Source: Octopus bimaculoides (taxonomy: Eukaryota). Taken from it: a stretch of 64,000 nt of DNA. The notes beneath the pieces were generated by a model that had not been told where the DNA came from, ran no database searches, and worked only from the letters and a program-made list of their open reading frames with translations. Below are positions 1 through 12,226 of the stretch, one piece after another; within the stretch, counting starts at the first letter, position 1, and each line of letters starts with the position of its first letter. The translations under genes were made by a program, and so were the position numbers. Where the stretch lies: positions 44,242,330 through 44,306,329 of the forward strand of contig NC_068989.1 in NCBI RefSeq assembly GCF_001194135.2, written 5' to 3'.

Positions 1-359
1 ATGAGTGTCACATATTTTTACAGGTATATATATATATATGATGAGCTTTTTTCAGTTTCTGTCTACCAAATCCACTTACAAGGTTTTGGTTGGCTCGAGA
101 CTATAGTTGAAAACAGTTGCCCAAGGTACCACACAGTGGGACTGAACCCAGAACCATTTGGTTGGGAAGCACACTTGCACCTACACACACACACAAAGTT
201 TTTCTGTACATCATCCTGTGATGCATCTAGACACATCATCAATGATGTTTTTTAGAGTTACACACACACAGTTATTCTTTGATTAGATAGCTTTCAATGT
301 TTTCCACTTTGCTCCCAAATGAAGGATCTACCCATCTTGAGCTTATTTTTCAAGAAATA

Positions 360-577
360 CAAGGTGGTGCTGAAAAGTTCCTGGCTCTAAGGGTATTACG
401 AAAGGCCTGGTTGGAGGTCCAACCATCTGAGTTCTTTTACAGGGCTTAGAAAAACTGAAGGAACACTGCAATAAATATGCAAATCTGAGAATGGAATATG
501 TTGAATAAAATCATAATTAACTGATCCTCCTGTATTTTCTTTTACTCAAAGCTATAAATTTTTCAGTACCCACCTCA
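360..577 (+). mobile_element. Mariner-derived MITE (~220 bp)
   Basis: TA-flanked imperfect terminal inverted repeats (caaggtggtgctgaaaagtt / aatttttcagtacccacctca). The interior resembles a degenerate mariner transposase 3' end. A second copy lies at 5130-5348. Confidence 0.7.
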
Positions 578-1069
578 TACACCTGATGCATCATGGCCAG
601 TGCATAGAAAATTAACCAATGCCCTTTATTGATTTTAGATTTTTGAACTTCCACTAAGACACTATCTCTGTTAGTGTTAAGCATAATAGTTTTGAGTCAA
701 TGACTGACTGAGTTTAAAGTGCTGGAATTGATCACATGATCATAAGTTCAAATTATTTTATAGTTATTGTGTTATTTTTCCAATGAAGACATATAATTCT
801 GCTAATTTCAGTTTGCCTGACTGGCAAAAAGACAGATTCTACTTCATTACTGAATGGTTTCTGTAGAAAGAGCATTTAACTTGAATATTAATTCCTCTGA
901 CAAAAATGTCATCTCACTCACGAATGCCCCTTGAATATTGGTAAGGAGTTAACTGTATCCTGATAATTTCCACCAGATATCAAAATACTGACATCATGAT
1001 TGTTGCTCAGTACACTGTGAACACGGTAAAAGCTGTAAGATGTGACATGGACAGAAGCCATAGCCGGCA

Positions 1070-1637
1070 GGTGTTCTGATTGCATCTACATGCTGGAATT
1101 CATCCCTACATCTTTGAAGGAGTCTTAAGCTCAATTCAGACAGCAATATGAAGCTGCTGGTGAGTGGTCAATCCCCAGGTTGCTGGTGGAAGGCCATATG
1201 TGTGGCAACAGGATTTAGTTCCCTGTCGTACCTCCTGAAAAAGTCAGAAATGGTTGTTGAAGAATTCCTACAACTTCAACATCCCTAATTTCTGGCCTCC
1301 CTAATTCCCTTAGTAATCATTGATTACTAAGTGTGGGACACAGTTGAGAAAGACACCAACCATTCTGCCTCTAAAACCAAGGCCAAGCTGGTATCCAAGA
1401 TTAAAAAAACAGTTGTTCAAAGATCTTCCTAAGGATACTGAGAAGAATACATGTGCCAGATTCTTGGGCTGTCTTGAGGCCATGGTGGAAGCTGATAGTG
1501 GTTACTTTGATTAAACTTTTCCAGCCATAATCTAATTGATATTTTTTGATGTTTTAAAATACTTTCATTTTTGGATTGGATATTGTGTTTTCTGTTCCTT
1601 TTATGCAAACTGTCCAATTTATCCTGAACACCCTGTA
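1070..1637 (+). mobile_element. Degenerate Tc1/mariner transposase 3' remnant
   Basis: A broken WPP(N)SP...DYxVWxTVEK-like segment at ~1290-1355, and a terminal cctgaacaccctgTA TIR-like end. Confidence 0.55.
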
Positions 1638-1881
1638 TATGTCTGTGTTACTGTCTTGTTGCCATGACATCATGTAATAGTTGTAAGCAAGTGTCACTGT
1701 CATGCCAACAGTGTCCTTTGTTTCCAGTCTTCCATGTTTGGTCTTATGGAATATTGCCTTTCTTGGAAACAGGTGAGGGTTGGCAATAGGAAGGACATTG
1801 GGTCATAGAAAATCCGCCTCAACAAAATTTCATTTGTCACATGCAAGTATGGAAAAGTGAATGTTAAACTGATGGTGTGTG

Positions 1882-1925
<44 letters not shown>

Positions 1926-1928
<3 letters not shown>

Positions 1929-2065
1929 GTTGTATGCTGTTAACTTAATGTGACAGTTCCATGAAGGGAATAATACTAAAGCTATTTAGCCCTAGGAAGC
2001 AGCACTGCATCCAGAGACATGTTTCTGAGTCTGCTTGTCATCAGTCTGAAGTAGCAATGGCCTGA
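1926..2065 (-). mobile_element. Penelope-like terminal-repeat fragment with minimal hammerhead motif
   Basis: Homologous to 25170-25390 with an internal deletion. The minus strand reads ttcaga-CTGATGA-caagcagactca-GAAA-catGTC-tctgga (2010-2050). Confidence 0.6.
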
Positions 2066-3716
2066 CACACACATATATGTGTGTGTATATATATGTATAN
2101 NNNNNNNNNAAGAAAACACGGACAGGTCATTCGGAGTTTTCTCTCTTCAGTCGAGATCCAGATTATCCTTGCAATTTCTGCTGGTTATTCTCGATATTGC
2201 TCCAATCTGTCCACCCCAAGGAAAAACTAAGCTAAGAGCATTAGATTCCTTGGAAGAAAGCAGGGAATGTATACAAAAACAAGGACGGAAAAAAATGAAC
2301 AATGTTACACAAATACAGTAGGAATAATAACGGGACATGACAACAGATGTCTTTCGACTAAGGACAAATAAAATTAAGCTGGCGTATATGGAAATAAAGC
2401 CTTACAGCTGGGATACAAGATTTCACAGACACAGGAAGAAATAACGATGTTGCACGCATGATGTTGCACGCCCAAGAAATTGGGCCTCATGGAGGCAATG
2501 ACAGATGACCGAGACCCTTGTGTAGACCTGTCATGCCAAGTGAGACCATAGTCGTGGCGGATGTTGGTATCAATCAATGGCAACCATGTCGGTGGCATGT
2601 AAAAAACACTTGCTATGCTCTTGGAGTGGTTGGTGTTAGGAAGGGCATCCAACCATACAAACCTTGCCAAATAGAACCTTGTGCAGCTCCCCAGCTCCAG
2701 CTTACCACTTTTCAGTCAAACTGTCCAACCTATGCCAGCATGGAAAAACAGACAATAAATGATGATGATGGTTATATATATATATATATATATATNNNNN
2801 NNNNNNNNNNNNNNNNNNNNNNNNNNNNNNNNNNNNNNNNNNNNNNNNNNNNNNNNNNNNNNNNNNNNNNNNNNNNNNNNNNNNNNNNNNNNNNNNNNNN
2901 NNNNNNNNNNNNNNNNNNNNNNNNNNNNNNNNNNNNNNNNNNNNNNNNNNNNNNNNNNNNNNNNNNNNNNNNNNNNNNNNNNNNNNNNNNNNNNNNNNNN
3001 NNNNNNNNNNNNNNNNNNNNNNNNNNNNNNNNNNNNNNNNNNNNNNNNNNNNNNNNNNNNNNNNNNNNNNNNNNNNNNNNNNNNNNNNNNNNNNNNNNNN
3101 NNNNNNNNNNNNNNNNNNNNNNNNNNNNNNNNNNNNNNNNNNNNNNNNNNNNNNNNNNNNNNNNNNNNNNNNNNNNNNNNNNNNNNNNNNNNNNNNNNNN
3201 NNNNNNNNNNNNNNNNNNNNNNNNNNNNNNNNNNNNNNNNNNNNNNNNNNNNNNNNNNNNNNNNNNNNNNNNNNNNNNNNNNNNNNNNNNNNNNNNNNNN
3301 NNNNNNNNNNNNNNNNNNNNNNNNNNNNNNNNNNNNNNNNNNNNNNNNNNNNNNNNNNNNNNNNNNNNNNNNNNNNNNNNNNNNNNNNNNNNNNNNNNNN
3401 NNNNNNNNNNNNNNNNNNNNNNNNNNNNNNNNNNNNNNNNNNNNNNNNNNNNNNNNNNNNNNNNNNNNNNNNNNNNNNNNNNNNNNNNNCAACCATGTCG
3501 GTGGCATGTAAAAAACACTTGCTATGCTCTTGGAGTGGTTGGTGTTAGGAAGGGCATCCAACCATACAAACCTTGCCAAATAGAACCTTGTGCAGCTCCC
3601 CAGCTCCAGCTTACCAGCTTTGGTCAAACTATCCAACCCATGTCAGCACGGCAAATGGATGTTTGATGATAATGATGATGCCGTTTCTTTATTCTTCATT
3701 TTTTTTTTCCTTTCAG

Positions 3717-3941
3717 CCTAATTTCCTGTTTATTTCCTGCATTGATAACCGTGTTCTGCCATCACAATTCACCAAAATAGATTGTGGTGATGCTTATATT
3801 GTTCGAAATGCAGGTAATCTGTTTCCTCCAAGAGATGCTATTACATTCAATACTGTGACAGCTGAAGCTGGTGCAATCGAAGTTGCCTGTCACCTCAACA
3901 ACGTACGACATATATTTGTGTGTGGACATTCAGACTGCAAG
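3717..3941 (+). CDS. bca: Beta-class carbonic anhydrase, internal coding exon (PNFLFISCIDNRVLP...RNAGN...HIFVCGHSDCK)
   Basis: Acceptor tttcctttcag at 3716 and donor gtaagt at 3942; 225 nt, phase 0-0. Contains C-x-D-x-R (CIDNR), RNAGN and H-x-x-C (GHSDC), the hallmark beta-CA zinc-binding and catalytic motifs. Confidence 0.95.
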
Positions 3942-4289
3942 GTAAGTTCACTTCACTCACAGACCAATTTCTTTCTTTTATTAGAGCCAAGCTTGTATGA
4001 ATACTGGCTTTCTCAAACTTTGTTATGGAACATAAATATGCTTGATTCTGCATATTGTAGAACAAAGCTTCTCCATGTTCAATAGAAAATAGGCAATTTC
4101 CATTCATTTGAGGCTGGTTCCGCTTTCTGTGGATCCAAGCTTCTTTGAATGCTAGCTACAACAAAATTTTGTTATAGAACACAAATATTCTTGACTCTGC
4201 ATGCTATTGAACAAAGTTTCTCTGTCTTCTAGGAATTGAATGGATTTGGTTGATGAAAACTGAAAGAAGCTTATATATATATATATATA

Positions 4290-4960
4290 TATATCATCCA
4301 TCATTTTAAGTCCGGGTTTTGTCCCCATTAACAGGGGGTGGCCAGATCTACCTCAGTGCTATAGCAACCGCCCTCACACCATCTCGCTATCTTGCCCAGT
4401 TTTGGGCATCCTCCCTTCTCAAGCCAACCCTCCCAATCTCCTCCACCTGTCCCCTCCACATTTTCCTTGGTCTACTTCACTTTCACCCTCCTCAGAACAT
4501 GCTCTTCATCTCTCCTCAACACATGCCCATACCACCACACTCCATTCGCTCTTGCCAGCTGTTCCACTGGTTCCTCCAACCCCCAGCATCCTCATCAAGT
4601 CTTCAATTCTCCTCTTATCAAACAGTCTCATGCCACGCATTTCTCTCACCGTTGCCCTCTCAGTCCTTCTCAAAATTACTGTCTCTCTCTCCCCTTCAAA
4701 CACCATGTCTCACTACCATACAGCATTGTAGCTCTCACACAACTGCTATAGACCTTTCCTTTTGTCTTCAATGATAACCTTTTCCCATATAACAATGCTC
4801 TACATTCCCTGAACTTCACCCAGTCAAGTCTCGCTCTTGCTGTCACAGCTACTTCACGTTCACCCTATCTCCCAAATAACAAAACCCTCTCACCATCTCC
4901 ACCTCATCACATAGTGCTTCTACTGACTTCGCCAGCCCTCCTTTGCTATTATCATGAGGT
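4290..4960 (-). mobile_element. RTE-like LINE 3' fragment
   Basis: The minus-strand peptide ILRRTERATVREMRGMRLFDKRRIEDLMRMLG resembles the post-RT region of RTE LINEs. It is frameshifted. Confidence 0.65.
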
Positions 4961-5091
4961 TTTTTCGGAGCTGGATTTTCTATGGAGAGCATGCCCTTGC
5001 TTACCCCCCAACCTCAGTTTCTAGACATGAGTGGTCCCGAGACCAAGGCCTCTGCCACAATTTTTAAGAAATGTGGTGGAATATATGTATG

Positions 5092-5124
<33 letters not shown>

Positions 5125-5129
5125 GCACA

Positions 5130-5348
5130 GAGGAGGGGTTGCTGAAAAGTTCCTGGCATTGGGCAAAAGAAAATATAGGAGGATCAGTTAATTATGATTT
5201 TATTCAACATATTCCCCTCTCAGATCCACTTACTTATTGCAGTGGTCCTTCAGTTTTTCTAAGCCTTGTATAAGAACTCAGAAATTTGGGCCTCTAACCA
5301 GACCTTTTGTGATACCCTTAAAGCCAGGAACTTTGCAGTACCCCATTG
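5130..5348 (-). mobile_element. Mariner-derived MITE, inverted copy of 360-577
   Basis: ggaggatcagttaattatgattttattcaa is the reverse complement of 499-530, and the gctgaaaagttcctggc termini match. Confidence 0.7.
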
Positions 5349-5366
5349 TGTGTATGTGTGTACACG

Positions 5367-5438
<72 letters not shown>

Positions 5439-6406
5439 AAGTAGCAAGGGCTTTAATTGATCCAATCTACAGCCTGCTTGTGAAATTAACATGCAAGTGG
5501 TTGAGCACTCCACAGACACATGTACCCTTAATGTAGTTCTCAGGGAGATTCAGTGTGACAAGACAGGCCCTTGTAAAATACAGGTACTACTCATTTTTGC
5601 TAGCTGAGTGAACTGGAGTAATGTGAAATAAAGTGTCTTGTTCAAGGGCACAACGCACCACTGGGAATCAAACTCACGACCTTATGATAGTGATCGAATA
5701 CCCTAACCATTAAGCCACATGCCTTATATATTTATCTAAGAAAAATAGAAGTGAGTGAGTGTTGACAGTAGGTCAGATGGTGATGAGAGAGAGTGAAATG
5801 GTACTTGCATTAGTGCACATGTGTGCACACACTCACACAGAGGGTATTGGAATTAAAGGACAAGATTACTGATCAGAAAATACCAATTGTATTTTTTGGT
5901 AGATATTTAACATCATGAAAGGTATCCAGCCATAGAAATCATGCCAAATCAGATTGGAGCCTGGTGCAGCTTGCCACCTCTGGTCAAACTGTCAACCCAT
6001 GCCAATATGGAAAACAGATGTTAAATGATGTTTCCATGCTGGCATGGGTTTGATGCCTTGACAGAAACTGGCAAGATCAGGGGCTGCACCAGGTTCCATA
6101 GTCTGTTTTGGCTTGGTTTCTACAGCTGGATGCTCTTCTTAATGCCAGCTACTTTACAGAGAGTGCTGGATACTTTTTATGTGGCACCATCACCGGTGCA
6201 TTTTATGTGACACCTGCACCAATGCTTTTTATATGGTACCAACACCAGTGCTTTTTTTACATGGCACCAGCACCAACACTAGTCCTAAGACCAATTTAAT
6301 TGACTAAACCCTCCCCCAAAATCTCATGTTTTGTGCCTGTATTAAAAATCATTATTATTTTTCTAAAAATTTTATAAACGGTTATTATTGTTATTATTTT
6401 TTTCAG

Positions 6407-6631
6407 GCCATGAATCTTCTGTTCAGTTTAAAAAATCAATGCCATACACATGCAGGGACTCCTCTTCAAATGTGGTTAAAGAAATATGGTGTTGCAAGTG
6501 TTAGAAAATTTGACCAACTGGACAGTAAATTTGTTGGACCTCTTACTTTCCAAGGCCGATTTAGCCAACTCAATTTCCAAGTAAATATTGATCCAGAAAA
6601 CAAGTTTCCTATTGAAGATAAATTATCTCAG
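6407..6631 (+). CDS. bca: Beta-carbonic anhydrase, internal coding exon (AMNLLFSLK...IDPENKFPIEDKLSQ)
   Basis: Acceptor ttttttcag at 6406 and donor gtttga at 6632; 225 nt, phase 0-0, in frame with the preceding exon. IDPENKFxIEDKLSQ is typical of invertebrate beta-CAs. Confidence 0.93.
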
Positions 6632-6844
6632 GTTTGACAACCATAATTTATATTATTTTACGTTTTTTTTTTTGTGTCTGTTATTTCTAACAATATAGCT
6701 GGTGGAGTGGCTGTTTACTTCCCCATCACATGGCTCCGGGTTCAATCCTATGCATTGTACCATGAGCAATGACCTGACATCTGTTACTTCAGGACTGAAT
6801 TAATTTCTTGCAAAATGATAGAGTAATATTGTTCCATTTGTTTT

Positions 6845-7640
6845 TCAATAATTCCCAGAGTTTATCTTGGTTTTTTTTTTATTTCTCCTTTGTGCCCCAT
6901 CTCCAATAATCTTCCAAACGTTTTCTATAGGGTTGAGATTGTGACTTTGAGGTGGCCAGTCCATGAGATCAACCCCTTCATCACTCAAAAAATCTTTGAC
7001 TCTCTTCGCAGTGTAACAGGGAGTGTTGTCCTGCACAAAGATAGGAGATTGAACTGGTGAGGATTGGAGATGTGGAAGGGTATGATATCTAAGAATCTGC
7101 TTGCAGACTTCAGCATTGACAGTCCCTTGTAGGCAAATAAGTGGACGAGAACCAGTAGCAGAAATTACTCCCTGTACCATTACACTGCCTCCTCCATATT
7201 TCAGTGTCTTCTTCACACATGCATGAGATAACCTTTTGCCACTTCTTCATCAAACATACATCCTGCCATCGGAATCAATCACATTAAACTTTGATTCATC
7301 GCTAAAATGAACCTGTGACCACTGTTCTTCTGTCCAAACGACATTTTCATGAGTGAAATGATGACAGGCTCTTTGATTCTTCTTGGAGATCAGAGGTTTC
7401 TTTGCTGGTGCCTGCTGAGCAAGCAACCCAGAACCTCATAACCTCTGAGAAACTGTTTTGTGTGATATGTTGACCGAAATAGAGCTAAACTTGCAAGATA
7501 TCTCAGCAGCACTCTTAAACCTATCCTTCAGGGACATTCTAACCATAATACGATCCTGTCTTGGTGAAGTTTTACAAGGTCTACTGGTTTTGGGTTTAGC
7601 GTCTCTCGATCCTGATGACTTAAAGCAAGCTACAATTCAT
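6845..7640 (-). mobile_element. Degenerate Tc1-family transposase
   Basis: YGGGSVMV, FVQDNTPCYTAK and WPPQSHNLNPIENVW are Tc1 DDE-domain motifs. The upstream HTH part is disrupted by stops and frameshifts. Confidence 0.88.
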
Positions 7641-7896
7641 TGCACAATGCTTCTAGACTTTCTACAGTAGTTGCTATCACAGAATTTGACTTGCCCTCTT
7701 GGTGAAGGCACACAATCCATTGTAAAGTGGTTGGTATTAGGAAGAGCATCAAGCTATAGAAACCATTCCAAATCAGACTAGAATTTTGTGTAACCCCACT
7801 GGCTTGCCAGCCCTGGTCACACCGTCCAACCCATGCTAGCATATGGACAATGGATGTTAAATGGTAATGGGTAATGATGATGATGATATACTTATA

Positions 7897-7950
<54 letters not shown>

Positions 7951-7999
7951 TGTGTATTTCTTCTATCTTAATGATATATATATATATATACACACTCTT

Positions 8000-8191
8000 T
8001 TATTTGTTTCAGTCATTTGACTGCAGCCATGCTGGAGCACCACCTTTAGTCAACCAAATCAACCCCAGGACTCATTCTTTGTAAACCTAGAACTTATTCT
8101 ATCAGTCTCTTTTACTGAAGTGCTAAGTTTCGGGTATGTAAACACACCAGCATTGGTTGTCAAGCGATGGTGGGGGGACAAACATACAAAC

Positions 8192-8263
<72 letters not shown>

Positions 8264-8420
8264 CGGGCGTCTTTCAGTTTCCATCTACCAAATCCACTCA
8301 CAAGGCTTTGGTCTGCCCTAGGCTATAGTAGAAGACACTTGCCCAAGGTGTCACACAGTGGGACTGAATCCAGAACCATGTGGTTGGTAAGCAAGCTACT
8401 TACCACACACCCACTCCTGC
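8000..8420 (-). mobile_element. tRNA-like-headed SINE family A with internal (CA)n/(TA)n; further copies at about 40-180(-), 21020-21415(-), 35980-36300(+), 39690-40090(-), 59390-59720(+)
   Basis: Multiple dispersed similar copies, ggagtggctgtgtggtaagtagcttgcttaccaaccacatggttc...gactgaaacaa, with a pol III box-like head. Confidence 0.8.
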
Positions 8421-8605
8421 TCCATATATATATATATACATATACACTCTCTGAGTGGTTGGCGTTAGGAAGGGCATCCAGCTGTAGAAACTCTGCCAGA
8501 TCAGATTGGAGCCTGGTGTGGCCATCTAGTTCGCCAGTCCTCAGTCAAATCGTCCAACCCATGCTAGCATGGAAAGCAGACATTAAACGATGATGATGAT
8601 AATGA

Positions 8606-8663
<58 letters not shown>

Positions 8664-8911
8664 CTTCGTGTTTGTATTTGATAACTGGTATTGGTTTGTT
8701 TACATCCCCGTAACATATCACTTCAGCAAAAGAGATGAATAAGATCAGTACCAGACTTACAGTAAATATTGGGGTTGATTTGTTTGACTAAAACCTTTTA
8801 AGGCAGTGCTCCAGCATGGCCGCAGTACAGTGACTGAAACCAGTGAAAGAAAAATAAAACTTTGTAAATTCCAAGACTGATCAAGCCATTCTTTCTCTGT
8901 ACATTTCACAG

Positions 8912-9118
8912 GTAAACTGCCTTCAACAACTGCAACATATTGCCACTTTTCCAATTCTACACGACAAGCTGTCCAAGAACCAAATTCGTCTCCATGCCAT
9001 TTGGATCGACGTTCGCACGGGTAACGTTTTCATCTTCAGCCGAGATGAAAAACAATTTGTTGAGATTACTGACCGGAACTACTTACAGCTTGTACGTGAG
9101 TGTTTCCCTGTTGATTAG
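8912..9118 (+). CDS. bca: Beta-carbonic anhydrase, terminal coding exon (VNCLQQLQHIATF...LHAIWIDVRTGNVFIFSR...CFPVD*)
   Basis: Acceptor catttcacag at 8911, phase 0, stop TAG at 9116-9118. VNxLQQLxxI and HAxWxDxxTGxxxxFSR match the animal beta-CA C-terminus. Confidence 0.92.
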   Translation, partial: VNCLQQLQHIATFPILHDKLSKNQIRLHAIWIDVRTGNVFIFSRDEKQFVEITDRNYLQLVRECFPVD

Positions 9119-10996
9119 AAACTGAACATCTTGATTGAAACCAATTGCTCAAGCAACTAAACAGACATTGTTGTAATACTGCCCCAAAATGATGGAAGTT
9201 GTTCTTTATCTGATATCTGTCCCATCAGTCTATGTCATCATTTTTTTTCCAAATGCTTGATTTTTTTTTTTTGGTTTTTTGTTTATTATATTAATAGAAC
9301 TGAAAGCAATTACGGTATTTCATCATAGATACTAGAAAATATTAGAATGTGTTCCAAGATTTAATATTTCTAGAAAATGGTAAGGCAGANNNNNNNNNNN
9401 NNNNNNNNNNNNNNNNNNNNNNNNNNNNNNNNNNNNNNNNNNNNNNNNNNNNNNNNNNNNNNNNNNNNNNNNNNNNNNNNNNNNNNNNNNNNNNNNNNNN
9501 NNNNNNNNNNNNNNNNNNNNNNNNNNNNNNNNNNNNNNNNNNNNNNNNNNNNNNNNNNNNNNNNNNNNNNNNNNNNNNNNNNNNNNNNNNNNNNNNNNNN
9601 NNNNNNNNNNNNNNNNNNNNNNNNNNNNNNNNNNNNNNNNNNNNNNNNNNNNNNNNNNNNNNNNNNNNNNNNNNNNNNNNNNNNNNNNNNNNNNNNNNNN
9701 NNNNNNNNNNNNNNNNNNNNNNNNNNNNNNNNNNNNNNNNNNNNNNNNNNNNNNNNNNNNNNNNNNNNNNNNNNNNNNNNNNNNNNNNNNNNNNNNNNNN
9801 NNNNNNNNNNNNNNNNNNNNNNNNNNNNNNNNNNNNNNNNNNNNNNNNNNNNNNNNNNNNNNNNNNNNNNNNNNNNNNNNNNNNNNNNNNNNNNNNNNNN
9901 NNNNNNNNNNNNNNNNNNNNNNNNNNNNNNNNNNNNNNNNNNNNNNNNNNNNNNNNNNNNNNNNNNNNNNNNNNNNNNNNNNNNNNNNNNNNNNNNNNNN
10001 NNNNNNNNNNNNNNNNNNNNNNNNNNNNNNNNNNNNNNNNNNNNNNNNNNNNNNNNNNNNNNNNNNNNNNNNNNNNNNNNNNNNNNNNNNNNNNNNNNNN
10101 NNNNNNNNNNNNNNNNNNNNNNNNNNNNNNNNNNNNNNNNNNNNNNNNNNNNNNNNNNNNNNNNNNNNNNNNNNNNNNNNNNNNNNNNNNNNNNNNNNNN
10201 NNNNNNNNNNNNNNNNNNNNNNNNNNNNNNNNNNNNNNNNNNNNNNNNNNNNNNNNNNNNNNNNNNNNNNNNNNNNNNNNNNNNNNNNNNNNNNNNNNNN
10301 NNNNNNNNNNNNNNNNNNNNNNNNNNNNNNNNNNNNNNNNNNNNNNNNNNNNNNNNNNNNNNNNNNNNNNNNNNNNNNNNNNNNNNNAGTCAGGCGGTAC
10401 TGGCAACGGCCACGCTCAAAATGGTGCATCTCATGTGCCACCCGCACAAGAAACAGTCCAGGGGCACTGGCAACGATCTTACTTGGCTTGCCGGGTCTTC
10501 TCACGCACAGCCCATTTCCAAAGGTCTCGGTCCGTAGTCATCGCCTCGGTGAGGCCCAATGTACGAAGGTCTTGCCTCACCACCTCAGCCCAGGTCTTCT
10601 GGGCACATACACATACATACACACATCATCATTGTCATCATTTGATGTTCGCTCTCCATGCTGGCATGGATTTACCGTACCTAAAGTAGATTTTTTTTTT
10701 TTAAATAATGTTATTCAGTTTCTTAGTTTCAGTAGCACTAGAAAGTTAGTAGAAATAAATGGTATAGTATTTTTTCTATAATGCCCTTTATTCCAAATTT
10801 TTTGTTTTTTCCCTCTATATTCTAGGTTCAAATCCAGTCATGGTCAACTTTACCTTTCATACCTTTTCAAGTTAAGTCATTACGATGAATACTAATGCAA
10901 GGAGCTCGGTGGAATTAAAATGAAATATTTCAATAAAATTTAGAAATAATGAAGAATATAGTAAAATAAACGCACCATTATTAAAGCTGATGTCAA

Positions 10997-11450
10997 GGCA
11001 GCAAGCTAAGCGGAATTGTTTGCATACTGGGTGAAGTGGTTAGCAGCATTTCATCTGTCTTTACATTCTGAGTTCAAATTCCACTGAGTTCCACTTTACC
11101 TTTCATCTTTTCAGGGTTGATAAAATAAATACTAGTTCAGCACTGGGGTCAATGTAATCGACTTACTCCCGCTCCTGAAATTGCTGGCCTTGTGCCAAAC
11201 TTTGAACCTATTATTATTATTATCATTATTAAGGTGGTGAGTTGGCAGAATTGTTACTGCACCAGGGAAAAGGCTTAGCGGCATTTCATCCATCTTTATG
11301 TTCTAAGTTCAAATTCCACCAAGGTCAGCTTTGTTTTTCATCCTTTTGGGATCAATAAAATAAGTACCAGTTGAACAGTAGGGTTGAGGCAATCGATTTA
11401 ACCCTCTTCTCTGAAATTCCTAGACTTGTACCAAAATTTGAAACCATTAT
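10997..11450 (+). mobile_element. Tandem pair of SINE family D; further copies at about 27565-27780(+), 32940-33140(-), 40490-40700(-), 46060-46440(+)
   Basis: Repeated aaggyggygagctggcagaat...ttctgagttcaaattcc...ataagtaccagtt...tttgaaacc dispersed through the window. Confidence 0.75.
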
Positions 11451-11786
11451 TAAAGTTGATGTTTGGAATGTAAATTAACATGAAATTTTAATGGGGTATT
11501 TTATTTTAGATCCCTTTGAAACATTAAGTCTGAAGTACATAACCAGAAGAGGGCATTAGGAATATTGGTATCAAAAGGGTCAAATAAATGGCTGTGTTAA
11601 CCTCTAAGAAAAGAATTGCTTTCTTAGTTTCTGTCTTAAAATGTTTAGTTTGAAAAATTAAAAGTTACAATATTAAAGTAAATAAATATGGTATAGACCA
11701 AATTTTTAATTTTGTAACATTTACTTCTTAATAATTTTCTACTATTATGTTATTTTTATTACATTTTTATTATTTTTGATTGACAG

Positions 11787-11866
11787 AAAGTTATGAAAGT
11801 GACCAAGAACTGAGGGCTTTGTGCATGGCACATATCAAACTTTTGGCTCTTGAGTCACTTTTCTAA
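11787..11866 (+). CDS. Candidate alternative terminal exon of beta-CA ((Q)SYESDQELRALCMAHIKLLALESLF*)
   Basis: T-rich tract ending gattgacag at 11786. The exon is open in phase 1, matching an internal donor C|gtgagt at 9095/9096 in the last beta-CA exon. No transcript evidence. Confidence 0.4.
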
Positions 11867-12098
11867 CTTTCTGTCAATATAATAATAATAATGATAATAA
11901 TAATATATATATATATATATATATGGTAACATACAGAAAACAGGTATGATATTCAGTGCTTTGTAGAACATACATGGGTTTCAGCAAAATGTTATAATAA
12001 TTATATCAGACTTTTAGAAACATTACATAAGCTAGCAATGTGTTCTGCTTCATGGCACCTTTGTTCAATATACATATATGTATACATATATGTATATA

Positions 12099-12145
<47 letters not shown>

Positions 12146-12188
12146 NNNNNNNNNNTATATATATATATATATATATATACACACGCAC

Positions 12189-12226
<38 letters not shown>

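Noticed and set aside
2581-3616. Identical ~126-bp direct repeat on both sides of the gap (2581-2706 and 3490-3616); similar duplication at ~55000-55065 and 55210-55265
   Set aside because: Exact duplications flanking gaps are most likely contig-overlap assembly artefacts.
2518-3666. Long ORFs spanning N-runs (also around 9332-10689, 15702-16001, 21483-21965, 33279-33902, 53868-54403, 61062-62108)
   Set aside because: They are artefacts of translating assembly gaps as X and carry no coding evidence.
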